Shown: positions 1 through 13,759, counted from the first letter of the stretch. The stretch: 64,000 nt of DNA from the human T2T-CHM13v2.0 reference genome, Homo sapiens (GCF_009914755.1 NC_060926.1); one strand, 5' to 3'. The notes: a model not told the origin generated them from the letters alone. Translations and numbers: made by a program.

Positions 1-749
1 GAAAATTATTTTCTAAAATCATTGCCTTATCTCAGAAGAATAAAATATAAGCTTGAGTCTTTTAGTTCTTAAGTTTCTCTTTTGTATTTGTCTAACATAT
101 ATTTTTTCTTATTGCTCATAAAAAGATTTAAAAGTATTTTTCCAGATTTCCTCATGTAATCTCTCCTCTATTCCATAATGTGAGGAGCACATATGCTGAG
201 TTAATTGATCACCCTGTAAACCTTGCAAAGTTACAGTCCTCTTATTAAAAAAAGATAGTGTGTGTACTACTGAGAAGCCCCATGTCTTGGAGCTTCTGTG
301 TCTTCCACAGTCTATTTTGATCATGTGTATGTATATACACATTACACATGTACTTTTTTTTTCTGTATTGCGTTGAAAGCCTATGGAGGAATTGCACGAG
401 GTGTATGATAGGAAAGTAAATGTCCTTTCTTCCACCTCCAACACTTTATAGCAGCCCTTCTATTTGGTATAGTGTAGTTTAATATAGCTCTAAACTTGGG
501 TCTGTAACTCCTGAGAGCTCTGTTTTTGTGAGTTAGTGCCCAGGTGGATGATAGATTCTCCCTGGAGTGGGAGGACAGGCAGAGCCTCCTTTAGGTGATT
601 TAGAAGATGCAAGAACGTTTTTATCCAGAGGACTGAGGTGGCATGAATGTGAAGGTTGACCTAAAGAATTACCTGGGTCATCACAGTACCTGTAGGAGTT
701 TGTGGTGCCCGGAGGATTTATTAAGTAGGAATCTTGTGCAGTGTGTCAT

Positions 750-835
750 ATTTGCCTAATCATGGAAGTCTCCTGAGATGCATCTCAGGCACCTGGGAAA
801 CTGTATTTTTCAAAAGCACCCCAGGTGATTTCCTG
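750..835. mobile_element. MER5A-like hAT-Charlie fragment
   Basis: Motif ctgtatttttcaaaagcaccccaggtgatt typical of MER5; boundaries approximate. Confidence 0.45.
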
Positions 836-1964
836 GGTTTTAGTAGAAGCTACTGGGCCCTAATTCAGCCTTTGTTGTCTTTTGGGAAGTCATCAGGTAA
901 CCTGGTTATGCCCATACTAGCCCTTGCAAAGAAAGAGACATAAAATTTGCGGAAGTCAAAACAGATGTGGATGACACAGAGGTTCCAGGAGATGGGACTT
1001 CCGGTAGTCAGTGCTTAGAGTGGTAGGGACACCCATTCTCCTGGCTTGGAGTGACTGAGACTAGAATTTTGTGTAGCATTCTGATTGGTGGCATAAAACA
1101 AAAGTCCCAAGTTCAGTGACTTCTTGGCTTTCAGGGACGTCCCAGTTAACTATTGCTGCATACTGTCAGAGTTGAGAGTGGGTCTTCCATTTTTCTCTGA
1201 TGCACATATTCTTTTAGCCTTCTGTTATTTTCTCCATAGAGGGCTACAGGGTACTTTTAATCCTAAGGGTGCATTTGATTACAACAAGTTTATTTGTTTC
1301 TCTTAAATGGAAGTACTTGGCCAACTCCTCTTTGTATGTGGGAGGTCTCCAGGCAACTGTGAACAACTTTTAAAGGCTGCTAAGAGGTCAAGAAGTACTT
1401 TGCTGAGTCTTGTTCTGTCTCTTTAAAAACAGACTTCTTTGTCTTGCTTGGGCTCAAAAAGTATGTTTCTTCCTTGGCTCTGTCTTAGGCTTTCTGCTGC
1501 TGCTTTGGAGTGATCACCCACCCTCCTTATTTTATCCTACAGCCCTCTCCCTGATACGTAGTTAGATTCTAGTCTATTATTTTGCATGCAGGGCCATTCT
1601 ACATAAGCCTTCTACCCTGTGCCATGTGCGAGTGCCATGTGTTTGAAAGGGAATCCCATCATCCTCATTTTTCTGTGTCTCCAGTGCCTGTTAGAATTCT
1701 GAACTCTCAGATGTAATCTCGTAGTCACCTGTAACTCTTCCCTTAAACCACAGAGTGTCAATAAATGGTAACTGTTTTCTTCATCAATAAATGTCAATAA
1801 AGAGTAACTTCCTTCCTCACTTAGATCTAAGTGATCACCAAGTCTTGTCAGTTACTTGTTTGACTTTTCTCTACCTCTTCTTTCTTGATTCCTAAATTAA
1901 CACCTTCTATTTCTCACCTCCAATTCATACTGAAATCTATCTTCCTCTGCCTGCCAGACTCATC

Positions 1965-2098
1965 TTGCTCATTTTTTCTCTATAAAATGGGAATAACTGT
2001 ACCTGTGTCACAGGGCCATTGTGAGAATTAGACATACGTAATGTAAAGTGTTTATTGTATTGCCTGGCACAAAGTAAGTATTCAGCAAATGGTTAGCA
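1965..2098 (+). mobile_element. MIR SINE fragment
   Basis: Core ctataaaatgggaataa...gtgagaatta...tgcctggcacaaagtaagtattcagcaaatg. Confidence 0.75.
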
Positions 2099-2487
2099 TA
2101 CTCTGCTTCTTACCTCCTGCTAAATTTGACTATCTTTCACTCCACCTGCGTCCAAACCTTGGCAGTAGCAAAGTATATAGCCAAAAATACGGGACATGGA
2201 ACCTTTGGTTTGATCCTTGGTTTGAACCTCCAGATTCCTGCTTACCATTTATTCTCTTTTGGGAAAGTACGTCAGTTTAGTTACTGACCTATAAGGTTTT
2301 TAGGAGTTCAGAATGAGATAAAGTATGTAGAGAGAATGCTGCCTTCACAGGCAGTCACGATGCAGATGCTTCTCGTTTTTGTTCTTAAAACCTGTAGTGT
2401 AACCTATTTGGTGTAAGGAGTTTGAAGCAAGTATGATGAGTTTTTACTTTTTTTTTTTTTTTTGGCAGGTTAAACCCATCCAGAGTA

Positions 2488-3306
2488 ATGGCTGCGGCCT
2501 TACCCAGGACCCTGGGGGAGTTGCAGCTGTATAGAATATTACAAAAAGCCAATCTACTTTCTTATTTTGATGCCTTTATCCAACAAGGTGGTGATGATGT
2601 CCAGCAACTCTGTGAAGCAGGAGAAGAGGAGTTTTTGGAAATCATGGCACTCGTGGGCATGGCTAGCAAGCCCCTTCATGTTAGAAGGCTGCAGAAGGCT
2701 TTGAGAGACTGGGTCACAAACCCTGGGCTTTTCAATCAGCCACTGACTTCCCTTCCTGTCAGTAGCATACCCATCTATAAATTACCAGAGGGATCACCAA
2801 CATGGCTGGGAATATCCTGCAGTAGTTATGAAAGGAGTAGCAATGCCCGGGAACCTCATTTAAAAATCCCCAAATGTGCTGCCACCACCTGTGTGCAGAG
2901 CTTGGGACAGGGGAAGTCAGATGTGGTTGGGAGCCTAGCACTGCAGAGTGTTGGTGAGTCCAGACTCTGGCAAGGCCACCATGCCACTGAGAGCGAGCAC
3001 AGCCTCTCCCCAGCAGACCTGGGCTCCCCCGCGTCCCCAAAGGAGAGCAGTGAGGCGCTGGATGCTGCTGCTGCGCTCTCTGTGGCTGAGTGTGTGGAGC
3101 GGATGGCCCCCACACTGCCAAAAAGTGACTTGAATGAAGTGAAAGAGCTGCTAAAAACCAACAAGAAGTTGGCCAAAATGATTGGTCACATCTTTGAGAT
3201 GAACGATGATGATCCACACAAAGAGGAGGAAATTCGGAAATACAGTGCAATATATGGCAGATTTGACTCAAAGAGGAAGGATGGGAAACATCTCACACTT
3301 CATGAG
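2488..3306 (+). CDS. NAB1: NAB1 coding exon 1 (aa 1-273; NCD1 and N-terminal part of NCD2); exon starts at 2469 with a 19-nt 5'UTR
   Basis: Poly-T tract + GGCAG| acceptor at 2467-2468; GTAATGG Kozak context; [22 protein letters not shown]...HLTLHE; donor GAG|GTACAA at 3307; 819 nt, ends phase 0. Confidence 0.97.
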
Positions 3307-4254
3307 GTACAAAGCCCGCGTTGTTCCTTCTGTGTGTGTATGTGGCATGTTGCTAGTCGTTAGAGATAAATTTGGTAATAGTTTGCCACAAATGTGATAC
3401 ACTACCTGAAAGCAGTATTAAAAACATTGAGGTGTTAGCAACATGTAGCACTTTTGTGAAAATAGACCATATTTATTGTGTTCAGGGTATATTTGTATTG
3501 AACTTGAACATGTTTGAGCTTTGGAACTACAGTACGAGGTGACTTTTAGAAAAATGTCAGAATTTAAGCAGTGAAAGCGTAAAGTCTTTGCATTTGTAAG
3601 GCTGTTTGTTTTTTAATTAAAAAATAAAACTAGGTTTTAAATATAACTTTTAAAAAACATTTTTGTAGGCTTTTTTTAAAGAAAAAATTTCATAAAAATA
3701 GCAAGAACTTAAAGCAATTCTCAGCTAGCATAGAAAACAGTTAGATGAATGTTGGAAGAATTCTCACTTTGAACATTGTTTTGGTTTGATGTTTGGCATT
3801 AAACATTTTTATTTTATCTTTATAGTACTCTAGACATAGTCTGCTTAAGTTCATGTGTGTGTATATGTGTGTATAGATATAACATTTTGTCCATATAACA
3901 TTATACTTCACGTGTGTGTATAAACTTTGGCATTTACTCCTTTTCTTGTCTATCTGGTCAACACATATCTTTAAAACTCAGCCAAGAATAAGCTTGTGTT
4001 TTCTGTAATCTTTTCCTTCAAGTAGAATGACCGTTCCTTTCCATTTTTATCCCTACATATACTTTTGTCACAATAACTTTAACTTCTTATTGTACTTATT
4101 TGTATACTGGTCTGTGCTTCACAGTATACTCTGGGTTTCTTCAAGGCAGAGATAATGTCTCCTTCATCTTTATATCCCCAGAGTCAAATGTACACAATAA
4201 GTGCTTGGAAAATAAATGCGTTTTCAAAAGTTAAAAAGACTATGTCATAGCTAA

Positions 4255-4541
4255 TTTTTTTTTTTTTTTTGAGATGGGGGTCTCACTCTGTCACGCAAGC
4301 TAGAGTGCAGTGGGTGCAGCCTGGACCTCCAGGGTTCAAGCAGTCCTCCCTGCTCAGCCTCTTGAGTAGCTTGGACAACAGGTGTGTGCCACCACACCAA
4401 GTTAATTTTTTAAGTTTTTCATAGAGATGGGAGTTTCTCCATTGTTGCCCAGGCTGGTCTCAAGCTCCTGGGCTCAACTGATAGAACTGTCTTGTCCTCC
4501 CAAAGTGCTGGAATTACAGGTATGAGCCACTGTACCTAGCC
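4255..4541 (-). mobile_element. Alu (AluJ-like), antisense, small internal deletion
   Basis: Poly-T, gagatggggtctcactctgtc..., ends cccaaagtgctggaattacaggtatgagccactg. Confidence 0.9.
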
Positions 4542-6682
4542 TGATCTTTTTAAATAAATGATTTTAGACATGAATGTTGGAGCTTGAGATCAGATAATTG
4601 GTTAGCAGAATTACTTAAGTCATAGCCAGCCTGTGACTTGATCTATTTTGGGAGTATCCTTTGAACCAGTAGAGGAATCCACTAAAAGGGCTATATGGCT
4701 GTCATTAGTAGAAAAACAAAAGGCAAAATGTGTTGGCAATTTTAGTTTCATGCTTTAACCTAGTTTTCTTATAATTTTTAAAACATAGCAGATGAAATAC
4801 AAAGTTGAGTCGAAATACATGTGTTTTTTATCAAAGTAAAAGTATTTCTAAAAGATTAACAAACCTAGTTAACCTGACTTAAAAAAAAATCATACCCTAC
4901 TTTTAAAAAATGTAAAAAGAATTATTTTACACTTAGCTTTTGCTAAGGGGCTCTTTGCCTCTTTAGATAAGTAGGTACATATGATATTTAAGTGATGAGA
5001 CCATGAATTTCACAAAATAAGGAAATACTCAAAATGAATGCCAGTAGGCTGAAATGTGGGGGTGGGGGCTTTGGAAGTTGTGGCTTGTGTTTTTGAAACT
5101 TAACTTAGGCCTTCTTGTTACTTGTACTCCAGTATGTGAATCTGGTCCAATAATATAGTTTAGGATAAATGTTTGTGAATCAGGAAGCTTTCTTAAAACT
5201 AGTAACTATCCAAGATCTTGGAAGAAATTACAGAATCCTGGGGGAATTGAAAGAAGGTACTATTAGGTATATCTTTTAGGTATTATGAGAATTTTGTATT
5301 TTTTCTCCTGATTATTTAAAATTAGCAGAAGTTTTTTTAGTTCTAAGTTCCTGAGATTAAAGAATGTTGCTAGTTTGTACTCAATTTCCACATAAGGAAT
5401 ACATGACTTACTCTTAATTCATTGTTGGCTTAATCTCACTGTTCTGAGGATTTTCTTCATATAAATTGTGTGGATACTGTTCTCTTAATCTTTCAAGACA
5501 TAGAGCTGTATGTAGGTCACTGGTGGATGAAATTCAGGAAGCTATCTATACCTGTAAGTTTTTTTCAACTGTTCAAGTACATAAGATTATTTTTCTTGTA
5601 AGAAGAAGAAAATATTTGTTTATATATTTATAATAACATAATTTGTTTCCAAATGTACACCGTAAAGAATTATGGAATGACTTATTGTTAAGCCCCTCTT
5701 TTTTTTTTTTTAAGCTAAAGAATCAGCAATAGTCCTACAGCCTGGCTAAGTACAGTCTGTTTTATAGGTGTCAGATTGTGAAGAGAGTGAGGGCTGAAGC
5801 TTAGAACCACACACCTTGCTGGTGTTCGGCAGGTGCCAAGGGACAAACCCAGAGGCGATATCAGAAAAAAGCCAGCAGGCAATGTTGCATCTATCATAAG
5901 GGGTGTTAATAGATAGTAGGTGGTAAACTAGGCAAGCAGTGTACCCCTAATGTTAAATCAGTGAATGGATGAGGAGAGAGCAACTAAAACTTGGGAACAG
6001 CAAGGCAATAGAGAATGTAGAAACTTGTAATACTCAGAAATGTAAGCAGGTAGATAATTTGGCATTACAGAATATTTGTCAGCAGATAGCAGCTTCCAGT
6101 CAAAGAGCTCTAGAAAGATAGGAAGGAGAAGAGGAGAATGTAGTCAGCGGGTAACTGTAAGCTGAGCAGAAGAAACTCTGCAGGAATTGGGGTGCTGAGC
6201 AGGTTACCAAGATAAGGACCCAGGCCTATAGAATAAACAGTGATGCCAAGCTTAGGTCAGTTTCCATTATAGTGCTGAGAAGTCAAGGCTGAGTGTTTCA
6301 GAGGAGGCCAGCAATTTCACCTTTGAGAGAGGAGGAATGCTGAATCTGAGAACCGCATAAACGTGGTCACATTATTAAGTTAGCTTGTTTTATTCTGAAC
6401 TCTCAATCTCAGAATTCATAGATTTCAGCATCTAACACTTGAAATGCTGGACTTTTCCTTCTGATGATTTTTAAAAATGAATTATGGTAGTCTATTTCTT
6501 GAGTCAATTTTGGTAAGTTACATTTTTCTAAGAATATCCATTTCATCTGAGTTTTCAAACTTAGTGGCGTAAAGTTATTTATAGTTTTTTAAGACCTAAT
6601 ATTGACCTAATATTGATTGTACACTTATCTCTCCTTAGCTCCTGACCAACCTTGCCAAAGGTTTGCCAATTTTATTCTTTTT

Positions 6683-6905
6683 TAAAGATCTGCAAACTAG
6701 GGTCTGTGTGCCCAGTCTCACTCACCTCCTGTTTTTATAAATAAACTTTTATTGGCACACAGCTGGGCCTATTTATTTATGTACTGTTTGTGGCTGATTT
6801 TGAGCTACAATGGTGAGTTAAGTAGTTGTGACACAGGCTGTTTGGCCCGTAAAGCCTAAAATATTTACTCTCTGGCCTTTTACAGAAAAAGCTTGCCAAC
6901 CTCTG
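6683..6905 (+). mobile_element. MER58A (hAT-Charlie MITE)
   Basis: ctgtttttataaataaacttttattggcacacagc...aaagcctaaaatatttactctctggccttttacagaaaaagcttgccaacctctg; 8-bp TSD TTCTTTTT/ATCTTTTT. Confidence 0.88.
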
Positions 6906-7659
6906 ATCTTTTTGAAGAAGCCACTCTGGGCTTAGTTGCTATTCTTGCTTGTGCTGTACACGTGTATATATTTGTCTCCTCTCTTAGTTATTTTATTGTT
7001 CTTATCTAACTTAATTTGGGTGCTTAGTTCATTAATTTTTAGTCATTCTTTTTCTAATATGAGCAATTAAAGTATAAATTTTCACTATGTATTGATTCAG
7101 TGTTATTCCCAAAGTTTTGTTATGAGGTTATTTTATTATTTTTCAATTTTAATTATTTTTATGATTTCTGACCATGTGTTATTTAAAAGTGTTTCTTTAT
7201 TTCCAAATATGAGTAATTTTTTTTCCTTATTTTTCCTAATGATTTCTGACTTAATTACATTGAGGGCAAGAGAACATGGTTTGTGTGATGCCAACCCTTT
7301 AAAATTTGTTGAGAGTTTAGTTATGATTCATTTTGTGGTCTGTGTTTTTTACGTTTGGAAACGATATCTTAAGCAGTTGTTAGTAGAGTGTTCTATATGT
7401 GTCTGTTCTAACAAGCTTATTAATTCTGTCATTCAAATCTTATATTCTTAACTATTATTTTGTCTGCTTGCTCTGTCAGTAAAAAGAGTTGTGTACTAAA
7501 ATTTTACTGATTGTAGTGTTGTCTGTTTCTCTTTGTATTACGCAGTAATCTTATTAACCTTTAATAATGTATTTTGCTTTAGAAAGCTATTTTCTTTAAT
7601 GTTGATATAAATACATGAGCTCTCTTTTTGTTAGTCATTGCCTATTACATCTTTATATC

Positions 7660-8031
7660 TTTTTTTTTTTTGGAGACAGGGTTCACTTTGTCACCCTAGC
7701 TGGAATGCAGTGGTGAGATCACAGCTTACTGTATCCTCGACCTCCCAGGCTTAGGTGATTCTCCCACTCAGCCTCCTGGGTAGCTGGGACCACAGGCATG
7801 TGCCACCACACCTAGCTAATTTCTTTCTTTTCTTTTTTCCTTCCTTCCTTCCTTCCTTCCTTTCTTCCTCTCTTTCTTTCTTCTTTCCTTTTTTTTTTTT
7901 TTTTTTTTTTTTTTGTAGGGACAGGGTTTCCACGTTGCCCAGGCTGGTCTCAAACTCCTGGGCTCAAGCGATCTATCTGCTTCAGCCTCCCCAAGTGTTG
8001 GGATTACAGACGTGAGCCACCACACCTGGTC
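7660..8031 (-). mobile_element. AluJ, antisense, with (TTCC)n/poly-T expansion in the central linker (7821-7914)
   Basis: Two Alu arms; degenerate ~23-bp TSD at 7637-7659 and 8033-8055. Confidence 0.9.
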
Positions 8032-8426
8032 TATTCCTTATTATATCTTTATATCATCCTTTTATTTTCAGCCTTTCTGAATCCATGTTTTATATATATC
8101 TTTTATAAATACTGATCAGTTGGATTTTAAAGAACCCAGTCAGACATTCTTTGTTTTTTAACTGGAATATTTGGTCCATGTACATTTATTATATGACTAA
8201 TATTTTGGATTTTTTTCCATTATTTTATTTGTATCTCCCCTCTAGCCCTGATATACTTTCTGTACAGATTTATCATCTGGGATTAGCTTCCTTCTATCGA
8301 AAGCTCTTTTAGGATTTTCTTAATGAAGGCCTACTGGTGGCAAACTCTGTCCTTCCCTACCTACTGGAAAATATCTTTATTTTGCCCTCATTTTTAATTA
8401 CTATTTATTTGGGGTATTAAATTCTA

Positions 8427-8645
<219 letters not shown>

Positions 8646-9702
8646 TTATTCTGCTATTTATTGTGTACTTTTAAAATCTTGTTTCTGTCCAATTCTCCTC
8701 TCCTGATTCTCAAGTTTCGTGGTTATTTTTACTGTACTGCTTTTTAGTCGTATTTTCAAATCCCTTTGTTTCTTCAAATGAAGTCTTTGAGGGTCTGATT
8801 TTGCTGTCTGTTGTTTCTACTAGTGTTCACTTTTGTTGCCTTGTTTCTTTTGATGTTTTATGATTTATGTGAATTCATATTTCTTGGAACTTTAACTGTG
8901 AGAACATTTGGAGTCCCGGGAAGAAAGTGAATTCCCTAGAGGTTATTTGCTTTTTCTTTTTACTGGGCATCTGGGGACATTACAAATCTAAGACCCTATG
9001 AAAATAAATTCTCAGCCCACTTAGTGTGAATTATGGTTGATTGGGGGTTATGAAATCTTAAGAGAGTATCTTCTGTTCTCTCCCAGTCATTACTAGGGTT
9101 CAAGACAGATAATTTTCTTTGCATTCTCCTGGGGGTACAGACGTATTTCTAATTCAGCCTTACATTGGGTGTGTGTGGTGAGGTTTCAGCTTTATGGAGG
9201 AGGCATCTTAGACTCTTCAATTCTGATGGGCTGTGGGCTTTGCCTCTTTTTTCCTTCCCATTCTCCTCAACCCCATGAGGCCATGAAGATTGAAACTCAA
9301 GCTCATCAAGTTTAGCGACTGTCCCTAACTTAAACTTCTTTGAGGTACTGTACTCATTAATTTTGGCCTCAATGTCCTTATTCTCATCAGCTCATTGAGC
9401 ATTTAAAAGATGATCCCCTCCCTATTTTATTTAACATTTTTAGTTTTTTTTTTCTGAGAGGGGCCAGTAATGGTACCTAGCCCTCCCAGTGCTGGAAATG
9501 AAAGTCCTGATTGCCTTTTGAGCCTCCCTATCACACAGTTGTTCACAGTGTTTTTGTGCCAACAGTACTTAAAGTCACAATCATTTAATTGTTGGAGATT
9601 ATAATTTTAACAACCTGTAAAGAAAGTTTTTTTAGGAATCAGTAAACCACTCTTCTTAAGGATAAAGATAACTGTAGTAAGTCCAGTTTTTAAGTCCGGT
9701 TA

Positions 9703-10008
<306 letters not shown>

Positions 10009-11029
10009 GGAAGCGAACTTTAAGAAATCTTTCACATAAAGATATGGTGGAATTTTGGTATTTTGGGCCACAAAAAGAGGAAATGGAGGAAATAAGTAAA
10101 CCAGTAAGGGAGAATATCTTGTTACTTTATCCTTTTAACAAAATTAGAGTATTGGCATTCAGAAAAAGCTAACAGTGCTGCTGCAAGTGACGGGAATATT
10201 TTCATATTTTCCCAACTGCTTGGGAATATTTTCATTTTTCTTTTGTAATTATATCATGATAGTTATTGATGTGTTCATTATTAGCAGCTAGGGAGCATGA
10301 AATCTAGGTAACTCTGACAGAACACGTGTTTTTAAGGGAGAGGCTTCATGAATCAGCTTTTTATTACAACTTGGGGGTGAGCTAGAGTTACTTCTCCAGC
10401 CTCAGTTTTTTACCAGGTTCCCTGAGGGCCTGGAGTTTAGTTTACTTTTTTGGTTTGTGGGAGCCTGAATTCAGTGACAATGAATGCATTATGTTTATTT
10501 TTCTTGGTTTCTGGAAAGGTAAGAGAAGGAATACTAGAATATTGTTTTCAGTTTATGTTGAAAAGTTATTTTCTGTGTTTGTGCATAAGCTAGTACCTCT
10601 GAAATGTTGTCAATTAAAACATCTTACTGAAAATCAGAGGTTTCCTTAGTAATTTAGATTTATTAATATGAAAAATAAATCGCTACATAAAAAGCTATTT
10701 GAGAATCCTCTTCAAGGTCATTTAGCTACTGCCATGCTGAAACTGATTTATTTTGAATATCATTATTTAAAGTATACATTTCACTTTTAACTCCAATAAC
10801 ATTGTGCCTTTCAAAGGCACTTAGGGGAGGAATTTATCTATTGATGACTCTTTAGGAGGAGTGGAGAAGGCTGAAAATAAATTCTTCCTTCAATTATGCT
10901 TTCATATTCAGCTATGGGTTTAAAATAGGAGACCTGGGTTTATTATTATAACTTGCTGTCAGTGGCCAAATTAATTGTCTCAGAACAAATTAATATAAAT
11001 TACAGTTATAAATTTGGGGAGGAGGATGT

Positions 11030-11960
11030 TAAATATCTATATCATACCATGTACCATAACACATTCTAGATGGTTTAAATACTTAGGTGGGAAAAGTAAA
11101 ACGATTAGACTAAATTATGGAACATTTATATATTATTAGAGTAGGAAGAGATTTTCTTTGCCTGTCACCCAAGGCATAGAAACTGTATGGCTAATGACAA
11201 ACTTAAAAAAAAATCCCATTACATATGATGAAGAGTTAATGCTGTTAATAAAGAATTCCTGAAGTTCTAAGAACATGAAACATTGTAATGAGTCAAAGAT
11301 GTAAGAAAAAGCTTTAGTTTCATAGTCAAAGGGATGCAAATTACAACCAAATGCTGTTTTAGAAATATAAAATTGGTAAAGTTTTAAAAAGATAATAACT
11401 AGTGTTGGTCAAGATTGTAGGAAATGGACTCATCATGTAATTATTGACAGCATTATGATTTAGAGAAACTTTTCTGAGGGTAGTTAGGTGGAATGTATAA
11501 ATTTCTTAAAATTTTAGTATACCCTGTGACCTAACTGGTCTATTTGTAGGAATTTATTGCAAAGAAATAATTGGATATGTGTGCAAAGGTACACATTTAA
11601 GAATCTCTTATGCAGCTTTTTTTTAAATAGTCCATGGAAAACTGGAGGTAGTTTGATGTCCAGAGTGAAGGTAGTTTAAATAATATATGGTTGTTTTCTA
11701 CAATGGAATATTGTATGTGTGGGTAGTAAAAGTGATATTATAAAAGATTTTTCAATTCATTCGTCAGTCAACAGATATATATTGAACTTCCAGCCCATGC
11801 CAGATGCTAATGTAAACAAGCCACGTCTCTGCCTTAATACATCGGTAGAAATGAAAAATATAGCATATGTAACCGAAAAAAGTAGATTACAAATTTGTAT
11901 GTACATATATACTTAATGTTTATATGTACATTGAAATATTGGAATAATGTATATTAGAAT
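11030..11960 (+). mobile_element. Old L1 (L1ME-like) 3' fragments
   Basis: Motifs gataataactagtgttggtcaagattgtaggaaatgg, accctgtgacctaac, acaatggaatattg; boundaries approximate. Confidence 0.55.
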
Positions 11961-12076
11961 ATTGTCATTCTGGATGGAATGATTGCATGCTATTTATTTT
12001 TGTTTTCAAAAATTTTAAGTAAGAAAAATTATTCTAAATAAAGATGAGATGCCTGGGTAGGGAGAAAGGGTGACTA

Positions 12077-12601
12077 CAGTAGTCCCCTCTTATCTGTGAG
12101 GGACACATTCCAAGACCCCCAGTTGGATGCCTGAAACTGCAAATGGTACCAAACCTTATATATACTGTTCGTCCCTATACATGCATACCTATGATAAAGT
12201 TTAACTTATAAATTAGGCACAGCAAGAGATTAACAACAATAACTATTAATAATAATAAAGTAGGACAATTAGAACAATATGCCAGCATTACTGCTCTTGC
12301 ACTTTGGGGCCATTGTTGAGTCAAATAAGGGTAACTGGAACATGAGCACTGAGATATCAGAAGAGTCCATCTGTTGACTGAGATGGCCACCAAGTGACTG
12401 ACAGCCAGGAGTATAGACAGTGTAGATACACTGGACAAAGGGATGATTCATCACTTGGATGAGACAGAGTGAGATGGCACACAGTTTAAAACTTATGAAT
12501 TGTTTATTTGTATAATTTTTCATTTAATATTTTTGGGTCCCAGTTGACCACAGGTAACTGAAACCTCAGACAGCAAAACTGTGGGTAAGGGGGTACTGCC
12601 G
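12077..12601 (-). mobile_element. MER44B-like (TcMar-Tigger) non-autonomous DNA transposon
   Basis: TIR CAGTAGTCCCCTCTTATC at the left end, degenerate complement at the right end, TA TSDs at 12075-76 and 12602-03, ~525 bp. Confidence 0.82.
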
Positions 12602-13625
12602 TACCTGATTTCTTATGAAAAGAAAACAAGAATTAACACTAACCACAACCTTATGCCAGGTGTGTCTCCTCATCTACATCTTGTTAGAGCCTTTTGGGAT
12701 AGTGATATTATCCCATTTTGCCTCTCAGAATACCAAGTACCAAGCCTCTCAAAAGTTTTGCATGTCCAGAGTCACAGCTGGTAAATGATGAAGCAGGACT
12801 CTCCTCAGGTCTGTCTGCCATCACGTCCCATTTTCTTTTTGCTAATCATCATGCCTTGGCTAAGTACATCTTTTGCATATTAAAAAAGTCTGATATACCT
12901 CTTGACAGTTTCCTATATCTATTGACAAAATTATGTGAAAAAATTCCTAGTTTGTTAAACAATTACAGATTTTGTGTTTAGGGTAACAAAATTTTAGTAC
13001 AAAGTGTTTGGTCAACTAGCAACTCTATATTGGCAATATTTAATAATTACTGAATTATGAAAGGGTGGTAGAATTAGATGGATCTTAGAGATTAGTCCAA
13101 CACCTTGATTTTCCAATATAGCCCTAGTATATGATAACTCTGTTTTTTACTAAGTGATTTGATAAATGTTTAAAATCATATGGTCTTGATTCCTTTTTAA
13201 GAATTTTCATGTCAGTTCATAAAAAATCTGTCAGACCATCTACATTCATTTTTGGTTAGAGAAATGGTGTCAGCAAATCCTGTATTCTAATATTTTGGGT
13301 TTTTTTATAAGCGAGTTGCAGAATATTTTTTACTTTTTATTTTCCTTGTCGTCTATAAACTCTCCTATCTAACCAAAAAAAGGATATAAATAAATAAAAT
13401 CAAGATGACTATTATGATTAATTTGGGCTCTGTGAGATGGCAGATGAGTTGGTTTTCTTCTGAAATTCGGCATTAGGAATAATTAGGAATAAATACCATT
13501 CTGATTTTTATGAATAATGATTCCATTATATAATGGTGTAACATTCTTATATTTTAAGTGAAACCTTTTGCATTTTGATGAAATTAAAATGTTCTTAATT
13601 TTGAAACTCTGTTTTGGATATCCAG

Positions 13626-13759
13626 CTCACTGTTAATGAAGCGGCTGCTCAACTCTGTGTGAAGGATAATGCCCTGCTGACAAGAAGAGATGAGCTTTTT
13701 GCCTTGGCTCGACAGATTTCTCGAGAAGTCACCTATAAATATACTTACAGAACCACCAA
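13626..13759 (+). CDS. NAB1: NAB1 coding exon 2 ([44 protein letters not shown](K))
   Basis: TCCAG| acceptor; CAA|GTAAGT donor; 134 nt, phase 0 to 2; continues NCD2 in frame. Confidence 0.95.

Noticed and set aside
2759-3271. 170-aa and 106-aa antisense ORFs over NAB1 coding exon 1
   Set aside because: Shadow ORFs of a GC-richer coding exon; no recognisable domain or independent gene signals.
4271-4381. Possible Alu exon from the antisense AluJ (donor CAG|GTGTGT at 4382)
   Set aside because: Only a disfavoured GAG acceptor is available (the usual second AG is mutated), and it would carry an early stop.
10639-10660. Similarity (CCTTAGTAATT) to the filler at 8441-8470
   Set aside because: Only 11 bp of exact match in AT-rich DNA; could be chance.
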